From Ruditapes philippinarum (lineage: Eukaryota), in contig NW_026856878.1 of assembly GCF_026571515.1 (NCBI RefSeq), forward strand, positions 186,001 to 250,000: a stretch of 64,000 nt of DNA, read 5' to 3'. The notes beneath the pieces are model-generated. The model was not told the DNA's origin. It saw only the letters and a list, made by a program, of their open reading frames with translations, and did no database searches. Positions 36,456 to 49,500 of the stretch are shown piece by piece. Position 1 is the first letter of the stretch. Every line of letters starts with the position of its first letter. The translations under genes and the position numbers were made by a program.

Positions 36456-37573
36456 ACGTGCATATTATTTTTCAAGGATAATTTTTACAAAAGTAGAGGG
36501 AGGTGAACAAAAATGAAACAATGTTCTTTTGGATAATTATCAATAAATGACACATAATCAACAAAAATAATAATAATAAAAATAAAAACAACAACAACAT
36601 TTCAAAACACAAAATCAATAAGGCTATGAACAAGCAAACCAAGATTATACATGTACACCCTTACAAAGTGTAGTGGAATTAAAAGTGTTGACCGTTTTAT
36701 TGATATAGAATGAACTTGAAGTTTTGCAAATAGAATGCCTAAAATAAATACAAGTATAATTTTCTGATTCATGTTCTGGATATTAATGCAATATAAAACA
36801 ATGTAAAGGGTCCATAAGTTTTTAAGAATAAAGACGAATCCATCTTCTACATATCACCTTTGCCATTGTCACTAACAACGTTTTGGATATATCATCTTAG
36901 GATAGATTTCTTGATTTTTGAGTTATTGTCCTTTGGCAATTTTCATGCTCATGACTGAAATTATTTAGGGTAATGTCTTGAAAGGTGGAGTATAGAGCAA
37001 AAGAAAAAGGTTTCTTAACCCTATATTTTATCAGTTATTGCACATTATATTTTCTTGCTTCTTCATGGTTTTTTTTCTAAAATTTGTTCTTATTTTAGTA
37101 TCAATGTAACAAACGGAAATGTAATTTTATTATACCTTTAGAGCTTTACCAGATAGTGTTACAGAATAATACATGAGTATTAAAGGATACATTCGCTATT
37201 AAATAGGTAATTTTTCGGCAATTTCCAAATTTTCTCTTGTATTAATTAAGAAATGACAGATTATGTCTCCTTTTACATTTTAATTCTTATTTATCTCAAT
37301 TACTCCCCAAAACACCAAACCTGAATGTAAACCGTCTTTTTGTTTGCTAAATAAGAATATCATGTATAAATAATTAATAAAACCTTAATCAACACATCGG
37401 ACATTTTTAAGTTTAGAAACCACTTCATACTTACCAGGTGTTGCATTTGAAAAAAAAAAAAGATTAAGCATTAATAATACCAAATATTCATTGACTTCAA
37501 CAAACGTATTGCATTGTTTGTCCCTTTTTTCATAGCATTCTAATTTACGCAGTCATTTGCACTAAACGCATTG

Positions 37574-40500
37574 TTATTTACAGGGCTTATTTACAAACGA
37601 TTTCCACTTCCAAAGAACATGATTTCCGCAACAGATACCAAAACTAGGTGAAAAAACTTCTTTTCCACAACAGTAAGAGTCACCACCAAATTTCTTTGAT
37701 ACAATGGCACCGTCGCAACATAAATGTAGCCCAGGATCATAACAATCTCTTTGACAGCACGCAGTGTTATGTTTGTTTATGCTTATAACAACATTACAGT
37801 CACAGCAAATTTGTCGTGAACTATCCATAGTTTTGTTGCAGCAACAGCAATCATCATATTTGGTCGTTTTTTCAATAATGCGTCCTTCACAGCACAAACA
37901 TCGGTCTGGATCATAGCTTTTTTGATTACAACAACGCGTATTCGAACCGGCAAGTTTATCTTGTACAACACCATCGCAACACATTTCATTGTTGTCGTTA
38001 AAGCTAACACCATCACAGCAACGTGTTGTTTTGATTCCTTTCATTGGTTGTACAATTTCTGTATCTTTGTTATTACAGCATACATGCGAATAGGGATTAA
38101 ATGTGTCATTTCCACAACAAAGCAAATCATTTGTCATTGTCTTTTTCCTAACAGTTTCCTCACAGCACAATTCAGTCTTTAAATTTATGGGTTTACCACC
38201 ACAACAATCAGAACTTGAAATACCTCCAACTATATCATATAATATACCTTGACAACATATCTTTCTATTTACATTATAACTTATCTTTCCGCAGCAACGC
38301 GTGTTTTCAGGTTTTCCGCTCAAAATTTGGTTTGATTTCTCCTCACAGCATAGTTCAGTTTCAGGATTAAAACTTTCGTTTCCACAACAACTAAAATCAG
38401 TTTCACGAATTTTTCTAACAACGTGCCCCTTTTCACAACATAATTGAGAAAGAGGGTTAAAGGCGATGTCGCCGCAGCATTCAGCATTAGCACTGTGTTT
38501 TTCTATCACTTTGTCCAGACAACAAAGATGTGTGTCAATATTAAATGACATCATGTTACAGCATTGATGATCGGTCAGTCTCGATTTTTTAACTACAGTT
38601 TCATTGCAACACAGATCTAAATTTATATCATAACTTGTATGTTCACAACACGCTGTTGTGTTACTAAGTTTATCTTGTACAATGCCTCGGCAGCATATCT
38701 GCGTTTGTGTGTCATATGGCTCTTTGTTGCAGCAAGCATTATCGTCTTTATCATTTTTAGGATATAACTCATGGCCGTCACAGCATATATGAGTTCCTGA
38801 ATTATAACTTATTGCACCACAACACACTGATCGTCCTTCTATTTTAGGTTGAGGATTATCATTGCAGCATATTTCTGTATTTGTATTGAAGGAAATTTCG
38901 CCACAGCACCAATTATCGTCCTTTTTTACCCTTTTGCTCAGTTTATTATCACAGCATACATGCTTCTTAGAATCATAGCTCTTGGACAAACAGCAAAGGG
39001 TATCATCTCCTGCTACTTTCATGTTTGGTTTGCCATCACAGCATAACTGTGTAGCATCATTTAATGTTGTATTACCACAACAACAGTTGTCGCGCAAATT
39101 TACTTTATCTATTACTTTATTGTTGCAACATAAATGGGAATTTACGCTCATACTATTATTCCCACAGCAAATGCCAAATTCGACATTGTCGATTACATTA
39201 AGCGGCTTACCAGCGCAACAGATCTCATCACGAGTGTTATACGTTGTAAAGCCACAACAAAAATTATCGTCAATTGTTCTCTTTTTTCTGACATTACCTT
39301 GACAACAAATTTCATTCTTAGTGTCGTAACTTTGACTTTTGCAACATGCAGTATGACTTCTATTTTGTCGTTGTTGTACTCGATCACCACAACATATTTC
39401 AGTGTCAGTGTTAAAGGTATTTACCGTACCACAACAATGATTGTGTTCTTTATCTGATTTTTGCACTAAAAAGGTACCATCACAACATACATGATCATTT
39501 GAATTATAGCTGTACCTATCACAACAAAGTGTTGACTCCCCTTTCTGCAATTGTGGAACGTTGTTACAACATACTTCTTTAAGGGTATTGATCGGTTTGT
39601 TACCACAACAACTATTATCGGACATGTCTTTTTTTAATACTACTGAATCATCACAACAGATTTCCCGTTTTTCATCATAAACTTTCGTAGAACAGCATTT
39701 CAAAGATGAGTTTTTGTTTCTTTTGTACGGATTTCCATAACAGCATATTTCGTTGTTGATGTTAAAGGTCATGTTTCCACAGCAAGCATCATCAATTTCC
39801 GAATGTTTTTGAAATATATTGTGTCCACAACAAAGTTGACTTTTAGTGTTAAAACCTTTGTCGTAACAGCAACCTGTCCCATTTACTCCACCAATAAGAG
39901 GTTGTGGTAATCCTCCACAACATATTTCTAATTTTGCATCAAAAGCAGAGTTTCCACAACATTGATTGTGCTCAACGCCTCGTTTTTCATATAATTCTGA
40001 ATTACAGCAGACCTTTAAGTTTGGATTATAGCTTTTTGTTCCACAACATTCGCCGTTTAATCCACCTTCTCTGACAAATTTACCTTGGCAGCATATGTGT
40101 GTCTTTGTATTAAATGGCGAAGAACCACAACACCAATTGTCTTCAGTGTTAGTTTTAGAGACCACCCCGACATCAGTACAACAAAGTTCAATATCAGGGT
40201 TATAGCTTTTATTATAACAACATTTTGTTATAGCACCAGAAGTAAGGGGCTGTGGGTACATACTACTGCAACAAATTTCTTTTTCTGCATTTATAGTTTT
40301 TGCACCACAACACAAATTATCGTCTACCTTTCCTTTTGGTATTATATTGTTAGCACAGCACAAGTGAGATTCGGGATTGTAACCTATATGACCACAGCAT
40401 CTGTCAGCGGTAGTTGAACGATTCTTAACTAATGAGTCGCAGCATATTTCGTTCCTTGAATTAAATGTCGTGGTGCCACAACAGTACTCGTCGGTTGATT

Positions 40501-43500
40501 TATGTTTGGTCACCACTTTTCCATCACAACATAATTCGGTTTCCTTACTGTAACTGGTGTCCCTACAACAAGTATGCATCTCCCCTCCTGGTTGTGGTTT
40601 TCCTAAGCAACATACTTGGTCGACAGATGTTATAGGAACATCACCACAACAGGAATCGTCGGATATCGAATTTTTCTTGATAACATTATTGTTGCAACAA
40701 ATGTATTTTTGACTGTCATATCCCACAGCTCCACAACACATAAAGTAGTCAGTGGTCATAGCAAATGGGTTTCCTAAGCAACATATCTGTGTCTTAGAAT
40801 TAAAAGTAGCATAAAGTCCACAACAATGGTTGTCATCGGGATCGGATTTAAGTCGTAAGTCACCAGTGTCACAACATACTTTATACGAGGAATTATAAGC
40901 CTCCTTTCCGCAACACTTGTCTCCGATGCCTGGTTCATTTTCGCAACATAGATGGACATGGGCCTGCATTGATTTTATGCCGCAACAACAGTTATCACTT
41001 GCGCTTTCTTTTATTACAACCTTGTCGCGGCAGCATAATTGTGTAGAAGTGTTATAACTCATTTTACCACAACAGTTGGTGGTATCACCATAGCTAATCT
41101 GGACACGCTCGTCACAGCATAATTCATTTTTCAGATTGTATGTTTCATTTCCACAACAATAATCATCATTCAATTTATTCTTTCGCAAAACACCTCTAGC
41201 GTCACCGCAACATACCTCTTGTTTTGTATCGATCGCATGTTTGCCACAACAATCTATAAGTGAACTTGTCCGATAATGTTTTATTCCGTTACAACAAATA
41301 TCAGTTACGATATTCATGGGACGTTTTCGGCAACACACATTATCCATAGGAGACTCTTTTTGAACTACTTCATCATCACAACACATTTCTATGTGTGGGT
41401 TGTAGCTGTCAATACCACAACATTTTGTGACAAGTCCAGCAACTGCTTTGTTCGGAAAGGAGTCTGCACAACATATTTCTGTTTTCGTATCATATGGTTT
41501 TACACCACAGCACCAGTCGTCAGACGTCTTTGATTTCTTGTATAGGCGACTGTCACAGCATATATGTTTATGTGGATCGTATGATTCATTTTCACAGCAG
41601 CGGGTATTTTCTCCATAATTTGGCTGAACAACAGCATTACAGCAATATTCCGTTTTTGTATTGTATGGAGTTGAATTACAGCACAAGTTATCATTCCGAT
41701 GTCTTTTTTTAACCACATTATTGTCACAACATATAAAATTTTCAGAATCATAACTTACTTCCTTACAACAACGCGTCCTATCTTTCGACATTCTATGTTG
41801 AGGTACACCCATGCAACAAATTTCAGTCTCACCATGAAATGTACTCATTCCACAACAGCTATCGTCAATTCTGTTTTTCTTTTCTACTATTACACCAGAG
41901 CAGCATATATGTGTATGCATATTGAAACTGGTATCTCTGCAGCATGTTGTAGGGCCATCATATTTTATTTGTGGATTACCATCACAGCATACCTCATTTT
42001 CAATTCTGATTGGTGTCATACCACAACATATATTGTCTTGAATATGGCGCTTTTTGACAATTTTCATATCACAACAAAAATGTGTGTTAGAATTATAACT
42101 TTCACTTCCACAACATTTAGTCGCATGTTTAGCCATTATTTTGTTTGGAACATCGTTGCAACAAATTTCAGATTTTGAGTTAAATGTCGAATTACCACAG
42201 CACAAGTTATCATTTGAATTATTTTTGAGACGGATATCTTTTGGACCACAGCACATTTGTTTTGTTGTGTCAAAACTTAAATCAAAACAGCATCTTGCAA
42301 ATTGTCCTCCTTCAGCCTGGCTTGGTATTCCATTACAACATATTTCGTTTCTTAAATTGATTGAAGTTCTACCACAGCAGCAGTTATCACCAGTGCTTCT
42401 CTTACGAATAACTCTTTGATCACAACACATTTGTGACCTAGTGTCAAATGAAGCTTTTCCGCAACAGTCAGTATACCCATCACTATAACGTCTGTTATGA
42501 ACGCCATTGCAACAAAGTTCAGTTCTAGAATTAATTGTTGATGATCTACCACAGCATGAATCATCATTCTTATGTCTTTTTCTTCTTACACGACCTTCAC
42601 AGCACATTTGAAATCGTAAGTCATAACTCTGGTCGTTGCAGCATGAAGTATATTCATTACCAATTCTATTTTGCTTTTTTCCAAGGCAGCATATGTCAGT
42701 CAAAGAGTTCATCGGTTCACTAGCACAACAGCAATCATCATCATTGTCAGATTTCTTAACTACAGTCTGATCGCAACATAAATGGGTTTTAGAATTATAA
42801 CTTTCAGATAAACAACACTCTGTAAGTCTACCGCCCCGTTTTGGTTGTGGGCTTTTCCCTAGACAGCATACTTCTGTTTCCGTGTTGTAAGTGTTGTTTC
42901 CGCAACACTCATTATCAAAAATATCTTTCTTATCTGTAACAGCATTATCACAACATAACTGTATTTGTGAGTCATAGCTATAATCATTGCAACATTTTGT
43001 CTTATCACCACTATGTTTTATATCTACTCTTCCATTGCAGCATGTATGCGTTTGTGTAGTGTATGGTGTCATTCCGCAACACCAATTATTGCTAACGCTA
43101 CGTTTTTCTATAACTGAATTAGAACAACAAATATGTGTTTCTAAATTATAGCCACTTTCTTTGCAACATGCTACATTTGAAATTCCAGTAAATTTATAAA
43201 CGTTGCCATCACAACATAACTCGTTGCGAGGATCTGTTGTGTTACTAGTACCACAACATTGTTTGTCTTCAGGCTTTGACTTAATCCTTATCGTGTTATC
43301 TGGACAGCAAAGCTGGTTTCTAGTTCCGTAACTTTTATTTCCGCAACAAGCAGTATATTCTCCATCTACACGTTTATGTGGTTTTTCAAAACAACATATT
43401 TCTCTGCTTAAATCAAAAGTAGTTTCCCCACATCTAATGTCGCTATTTTCAGTGCGTTTATCATAAACAGTATTATAAGAACAAAGTTGTGTGGTCGGAT

Positions 43501-46500
43501 CGTAGCTCTTATGATGGCAGCATTGAGTATAATTACCTTTTTTAGGTTGTTTTGTACCAAGGCAACATATATGTTTTCGAGTGTCGATTGTTGTGATGCC
43601 ACAACACCAGTTATCTGTAAGGTCACCTTTCTTTGTGACAACAGTATCATAACAGCATAAAGATTGTGTTGAGTCATAGCTTTTGTTATGACAACAAAGT
43701 GTATGATGGTTAAACAGCGGATTTGGTGAATCCATACAGCATATTTCTGAATTAAAGTTAAATGTGGTCTCACCACAACATCCGGTGTCACCGTCTTGCT
43801 TCATTGTGACAACTTTATTATGACAACAAATGTTTTTTCTGGTATCATGACTTCTTGTTCCGCAGCATTCGTAAGAGCTTTCATTCTTTGGTTGAACATT
43901 TCCATCGCAGCAAAGTTGACTGCTTGAATGCATTGTTTTAGCTCCACAACATGTATCTTCATCAGAGTGATTTTTCTTTGCTACTAAACCATCACAACAC
44001 ATTTCATTAATAATGCTGTAACTCCTTTTACCACAGCAATGTGTAAAAATAGAATCCAATTTGTTTGTTACATGTTGATTGCAACAAATTTCTTTTGAAT
44101 CTTCGAATGTTGAATTACCGCAACATGAGTTATCGTTAATACTTCTTTTCTTTACAAGTTCTTCTTTACAACATAAATAATCGTCTGCATTGTAGCTTTG
44201 AAATCCACAGCATTTTGTATTTTCCCCTTTAAGTTTACTTGGATGGTATCCACCGCAACATAATTCAGTCCTAGGGTCAAATGTTTTTGAATTTCCACAA
44301 CAACTAGTGTCATTTCTGTTTCTCTTTTTAATTACACCTATATTACAACATAAGTATAATTCAGGGTCAAACGAAAGAATACCACAGCACTGGGAAGACT
44401 CATGTTCGTCTTTAGGCTGAGGCGTATGATTACAACATATTTGATTTCTTGCGTTAATTGTTGTATTTCCACAACATAATGTATCATGGCGAGAGGATTT
44501 GTTGATAACTTTGCCATCGCAACATAGTTGTCTGCGAGAATCAAATGTGCTTTTTGTACCACAGCATTGTTTGTCTCCTGAATTTGACTTAATTTTAATC
44601 GTCTGATCAGAACAACAAAGCTTGCTTCTAGTTTCGTAACTTCTATTTCCACAGCACGCAGTATTTTCTCCCACTACACGCTTATTTGGTATTCCATTAC
44701 AGCATATTTCTTTACTTAAATCAATGGTTGATTTTCCGCAAATTATGTCACTTTCTTCACTGCGTTTATAAGACAGTACATTCTTATAACAAAAGGTGTC
44801 TTCTGGGTTAAAGCTTTTTTGATGGCAGCATTGAGTATGTTTACCTAATTTAGGCTGTTTTGTACCAAAGCAGCACATATCTTTTCGGGTATCGATTGAT
44901 GTGCTTCCACAACACCAATTATCTGTACGGTTACTTTTGTTTATCACTACAGTATCATTACAGCACAAAGATAGTGTTGAGTCATAGCTTCTATTACGAC
45001 AACAAAGTGTTTCATGGCTAAACAGCACATTTGGTGAACCCATGCAGCATATTTCTGAATAAAAGTTGATTGTGGTCTCACCACAGCACCCATTGTCACC
45101 ATCTTGTTTCATTGTGACAACTTTATTATTACAACACATGGATTTTCTTGTATCATGACTTCTGGCTCCGCAGCATTCGTAAGAGCTTTCATTCTTTGGT
45201 TGAACATTTCCATCGCAGCAAAGTTGACTGCTTGAATGCATTGTTTTAGTTCCACAACATGTATCTTCATCAGATTGATTTTTCTTTGCTACTAAACCAT
45301 CACAACACATTTCATTAATAATGCTGTAACTCCTTTTACCACAGCAATGTGTGAAAATGGCATCCAATTTATATGTTACATTTTGATTGCAGCAAATTTC
45401 TTTTGAATCTTCGAATGTTGAATTACCACAACATGAGTCATCGTTGTAACTTCTTTTCTTTACAACTTCTTCTTTACAACATAAATAATTGTCTGCATTG
45501 TAGCTTTGGAATCCACAGCATTTCGTATTATTTCCTTTAAGTTTACTTGGATGGTATCCACCGCAACATATTTCAGTCCTAGGATCAAATGTTTTTGAAT
45601 TTCCACAACAGCTAGTGTCATTTCTGTTTCTCTTTACAATTACACCTTCATCACAACATAACTTTACTCTCATGTCAAACGAATGAATACCACAGCATTC
45701 GGTGGTAGACTCATGTCCGCGTTTAGACTGAGGTGTATAATTACAACATATCTGATTCCTTGAATTAATTGTTGTATTACCACAACATAATGTATCATCG
45801 GGAGAGGCTTTGTTGATAACTGTTCCATCACAGCATAGTTGTCTGCGAGGATCTAATGTGCTGTTTCTTCCACAACATTGGCTGTCCCCTGAATTTGATT
45901 TAATTTTAATCGTCTGATCAGAACAACAGAGCTGACTTCTAGCCCCGTAACTTTTATTTCCGCAACAAGCAGTGATTTCTTCCTCTACACGTGTATTTGG
46001 TATTCCATTACAGCAAATTTCTTTACTTAAATCAATGGTTGTTTTTCCGCAGATCATGTCACTTTCTTCACTGCGTTTATAAGAAAGCGCATAATTAAAA
46101 CAGAGAGAGTGTTCCGGGTTATAGCTTTTTTGATGGCAGCATTGCGTATGTTTACCTAATTTAGGCTGTTTTGTACCAAGACAGCATATATCTTTTCGGG
46201 TATCGATTGATGTGCTTCCACAACACCAATTATCTGTATGATTATTTTTGTTTATGATTACAGTATCGTTACAGCATATAGATTGTGTTAAGTCATAGCT
46301 TTTGTTAAGACAACAAAGTGCATCTCGGTTAAACAGCGGATTTGGTGAACCCATACAGCATATTTCTGAATTAACGTCGATTGTGGTCTCACCACAGCAT
46401 CCATTGTCTCCGTCTTGTTTCATTTTGACAACTTTATTATTACAACAAATGGATTTTCTTGTATCATGACTTCTGTTTCCGCAGCATTCATGAAAGTTTC

Positions 46501-49500
46501 CATCCTTTGGTTGAGCATTTCCATCGCAGCAAAGTTGACTCCTGGAATGCATAGTTTTAGTTCCGCAACATATATCTTCACCAGGGCGGTTTTTCTTCGC
46601 CACTAAACCATGACAACACATTTCATCAATAATGTTGTAACTCCTTTTACCACAGCAGTCTGTCAAAATACCACTGACTTTAGTTTGAACATATTGATCG
46701 CAACAAACTTCTTTTGAATATTCGAATGTAGAATTTCCGCAACATGAGTCATCATTATAACCTCTCTTCATTACAATTTCTTTTTGACAACACAGATAAT
46801 CGTCTGCATTGTAGCTTTGGAATCCACAGCATTTCGTATTATTTCCTTTAAGTTTACTTGGATGGTATCCACCGCAACATATTTCAGTCCTAGGGTCAAA
46901 TGTGTTTGCTTTTCCACAACATCTAGTGTCAGCTCTGTTCTTCTTTAAAATTAAATCTTCATCACAACATATGTGTACTTCAGGGTCGAAAGAATGAATA
47001 AAACAACATTGGGAAGACTGTCCGCTTTTAGACTGAGGTGTGTAATTACAACATATTTGATTCCTTGAATTAATTGTTGTATTACCACAACATAATGTAT
47101 CATGGGGAGAGGCTTTGTTGATAACTGTTCCATCACAGCATAGTTCTCTACGAGGATCAAATGTGCTATATGTATTACAACATTGGCTGTCTTCTGAATT
47201 TGACTTAATTCTAATCGTCTTATCAGAACAACAAAGCTGGCCTCTAGCCCCGTAACTTTTATTTCCACAGCAAGCAGTGTTTTCTCCCTCTAAACGTATA
47301 TTTGGTATTCCATTACAGCAAATTTCTTTACTTAAATCAATAGTTGTTTTTCCGCATATTATATCACTTCCTTCACTGCGTTTATAAGAAAGAGAATGAT
47401 TAACACAAAGAGAGTTTTCGGGGTTATAGCTTTTATGATTGCAGCATTGGGTATGTTTACCTAGTTTAGGCTGTTTTGTACCAAGACAGCAAATATCTTT
47501 TCTGGTATCGATTGATATGCTTCCACAACACCAATTATCAGTATGATTATTTTTGTTTATAATTACAGTATCATAACAGCATAGAGCTTTTTTGGAGTCA
47601 TAGCTTTTGTTATGACAACAAAGTGTATATTGATTAAACAGCACATTTGGTGAACCCATACAGCATATTTCTGAATTAAAGTCAATTGTTGTCTCACCAC
47701 AGCACCCTTGGTCGCCATTTTGTTTCTTTTTGACAACTTTATTTTTACAACAAATTGATTTTCTTGTATCATGACTTCTGTTTCCGCAGCATTCATAAAA
47801 GTTTCCATCCTTTGGTTGAACATTTCCATTGCAGCAAAGTTGACGGCTGGAAAGCATTGTTTTAGTTCCACAACATATATCTTCATCAGAGCGATTTTTC
47901 TTAGCTACTAAACCATCACAACACATATTATCAACAATGCTAAAACTTTGTTCACCACAGCAGTCTGTGAAAATACCATCGACTTTATTTTTAACATATT
48001 GATTGCAACAAATTTCTTTTTTGGCTTCAAACGTGTGATTTCCACAACATGAGTCATCATTGTAACCTCTCTTCTTTATAATGTCTTCTTGGCAACATAA
48101 ATAATTGTCTGCATTATAGCTTTGGAATCCACAGCATCTGGTATTATCTCCTTTAAGTTTTCTTGGATGGATATCTCCGCAACATATTTCAGTCCTCGGG
48201 TCGAATGTTGCCTTTTTTCCACAGCAGCATGTGTCATTTCTATTTCTCTTTCCGACGACACCCTCATCACAACATAAATGACTTTTAGGGTTGAAAGAAT
48301 GAATACCACAACAATGGGTCAAATCACCTCCGATTTTCGGTTGCGGTGTATCATCACAGCATATTTGATCTCTTGAATTAAATGTTGTATTTCCACAACA
48401 TGTTGTATCATGACTGGAAGCTTTCTTTACAACTGTTCCATTACAACATAGTTCTTTTGCCGGATCTAAAGACTTATTATTGCAACAACGAGTATGATTA
48501 CCAGATATTCTTCTATTAACATAACCTAAACAACATATGTCCTCAGTCGTGTTCATGCTAGCATTGCCACAGCAACAGTCATCATTTTTATGTTGTTTAG
48601 TAACAATGGTATTGTTTTCACAACAAAGTGATCGATCCTTGTCGTAACTTTGTTTTCCGCAACAATCAAACTTCTGTAAGTTTCCAGTTTGTGGATTTCC
48701 ATCGCAGCATATTTCATGCGGAGCCTCAAATGTAGTATTGCCACAACAGCCATTATCATTTAAATCATTTTTCTTTACAACCTTGCCATTACAGCACAAA
48801 TGTGTGTCAGAACTGTAGCTTGATTCTGCGCAACAGAGCGTACTCGTTCCATATTTCCTGTCTGGAATATTGTTACAACAAATTTCGTTTTTACTACTAT
48901 ATGTCTTATTACCACAACACCAATCATCTTCTGAGCTAAGTTTTTCTAAAATGAAATTTCCATTGCAACATAAATGGGTAGCAGAAGAGTAACTTTCCGT
49001 TTTACAACACAACGATTCATCACCTGATATTTTAGTCTGTCGTATGTCATTGCAACAGATGTGTTTCAATGGATTGAATGTTTTATTTCCACAACATGCA
49101 TTATCGTCTGCATGTTCTTTCAAAAGAAGCTGTGTATCATTACAGCAAATTGCTGACATTTTATTATAACCCTTAGAGCCACAACAGTCTCCTGTATCTA
49201 TATTTACTTCGTATGGAATACCTTCACAACACAGCTCCTTATAAGTATCAATTGTCGATTCATGCCCGCAGCAACCATTATCTCTTTCATCCCTCTTGCG
49301 CCTTACCTTATCATCACAACAGATATATGTTGTCGTATTATAGCTAACGTTCCCGCAACAGGTAAATGTTTCACCATTTTTCTGTGGATTCCCGTCGCAA
49401 CAAATTTCGTTACTAGACATGGTAGTATTTCCACAGCATATGCTATCTATTTCTGTATTTTTCTTTACAATTTTACCTGCACAACACAACTGAGTACTTG

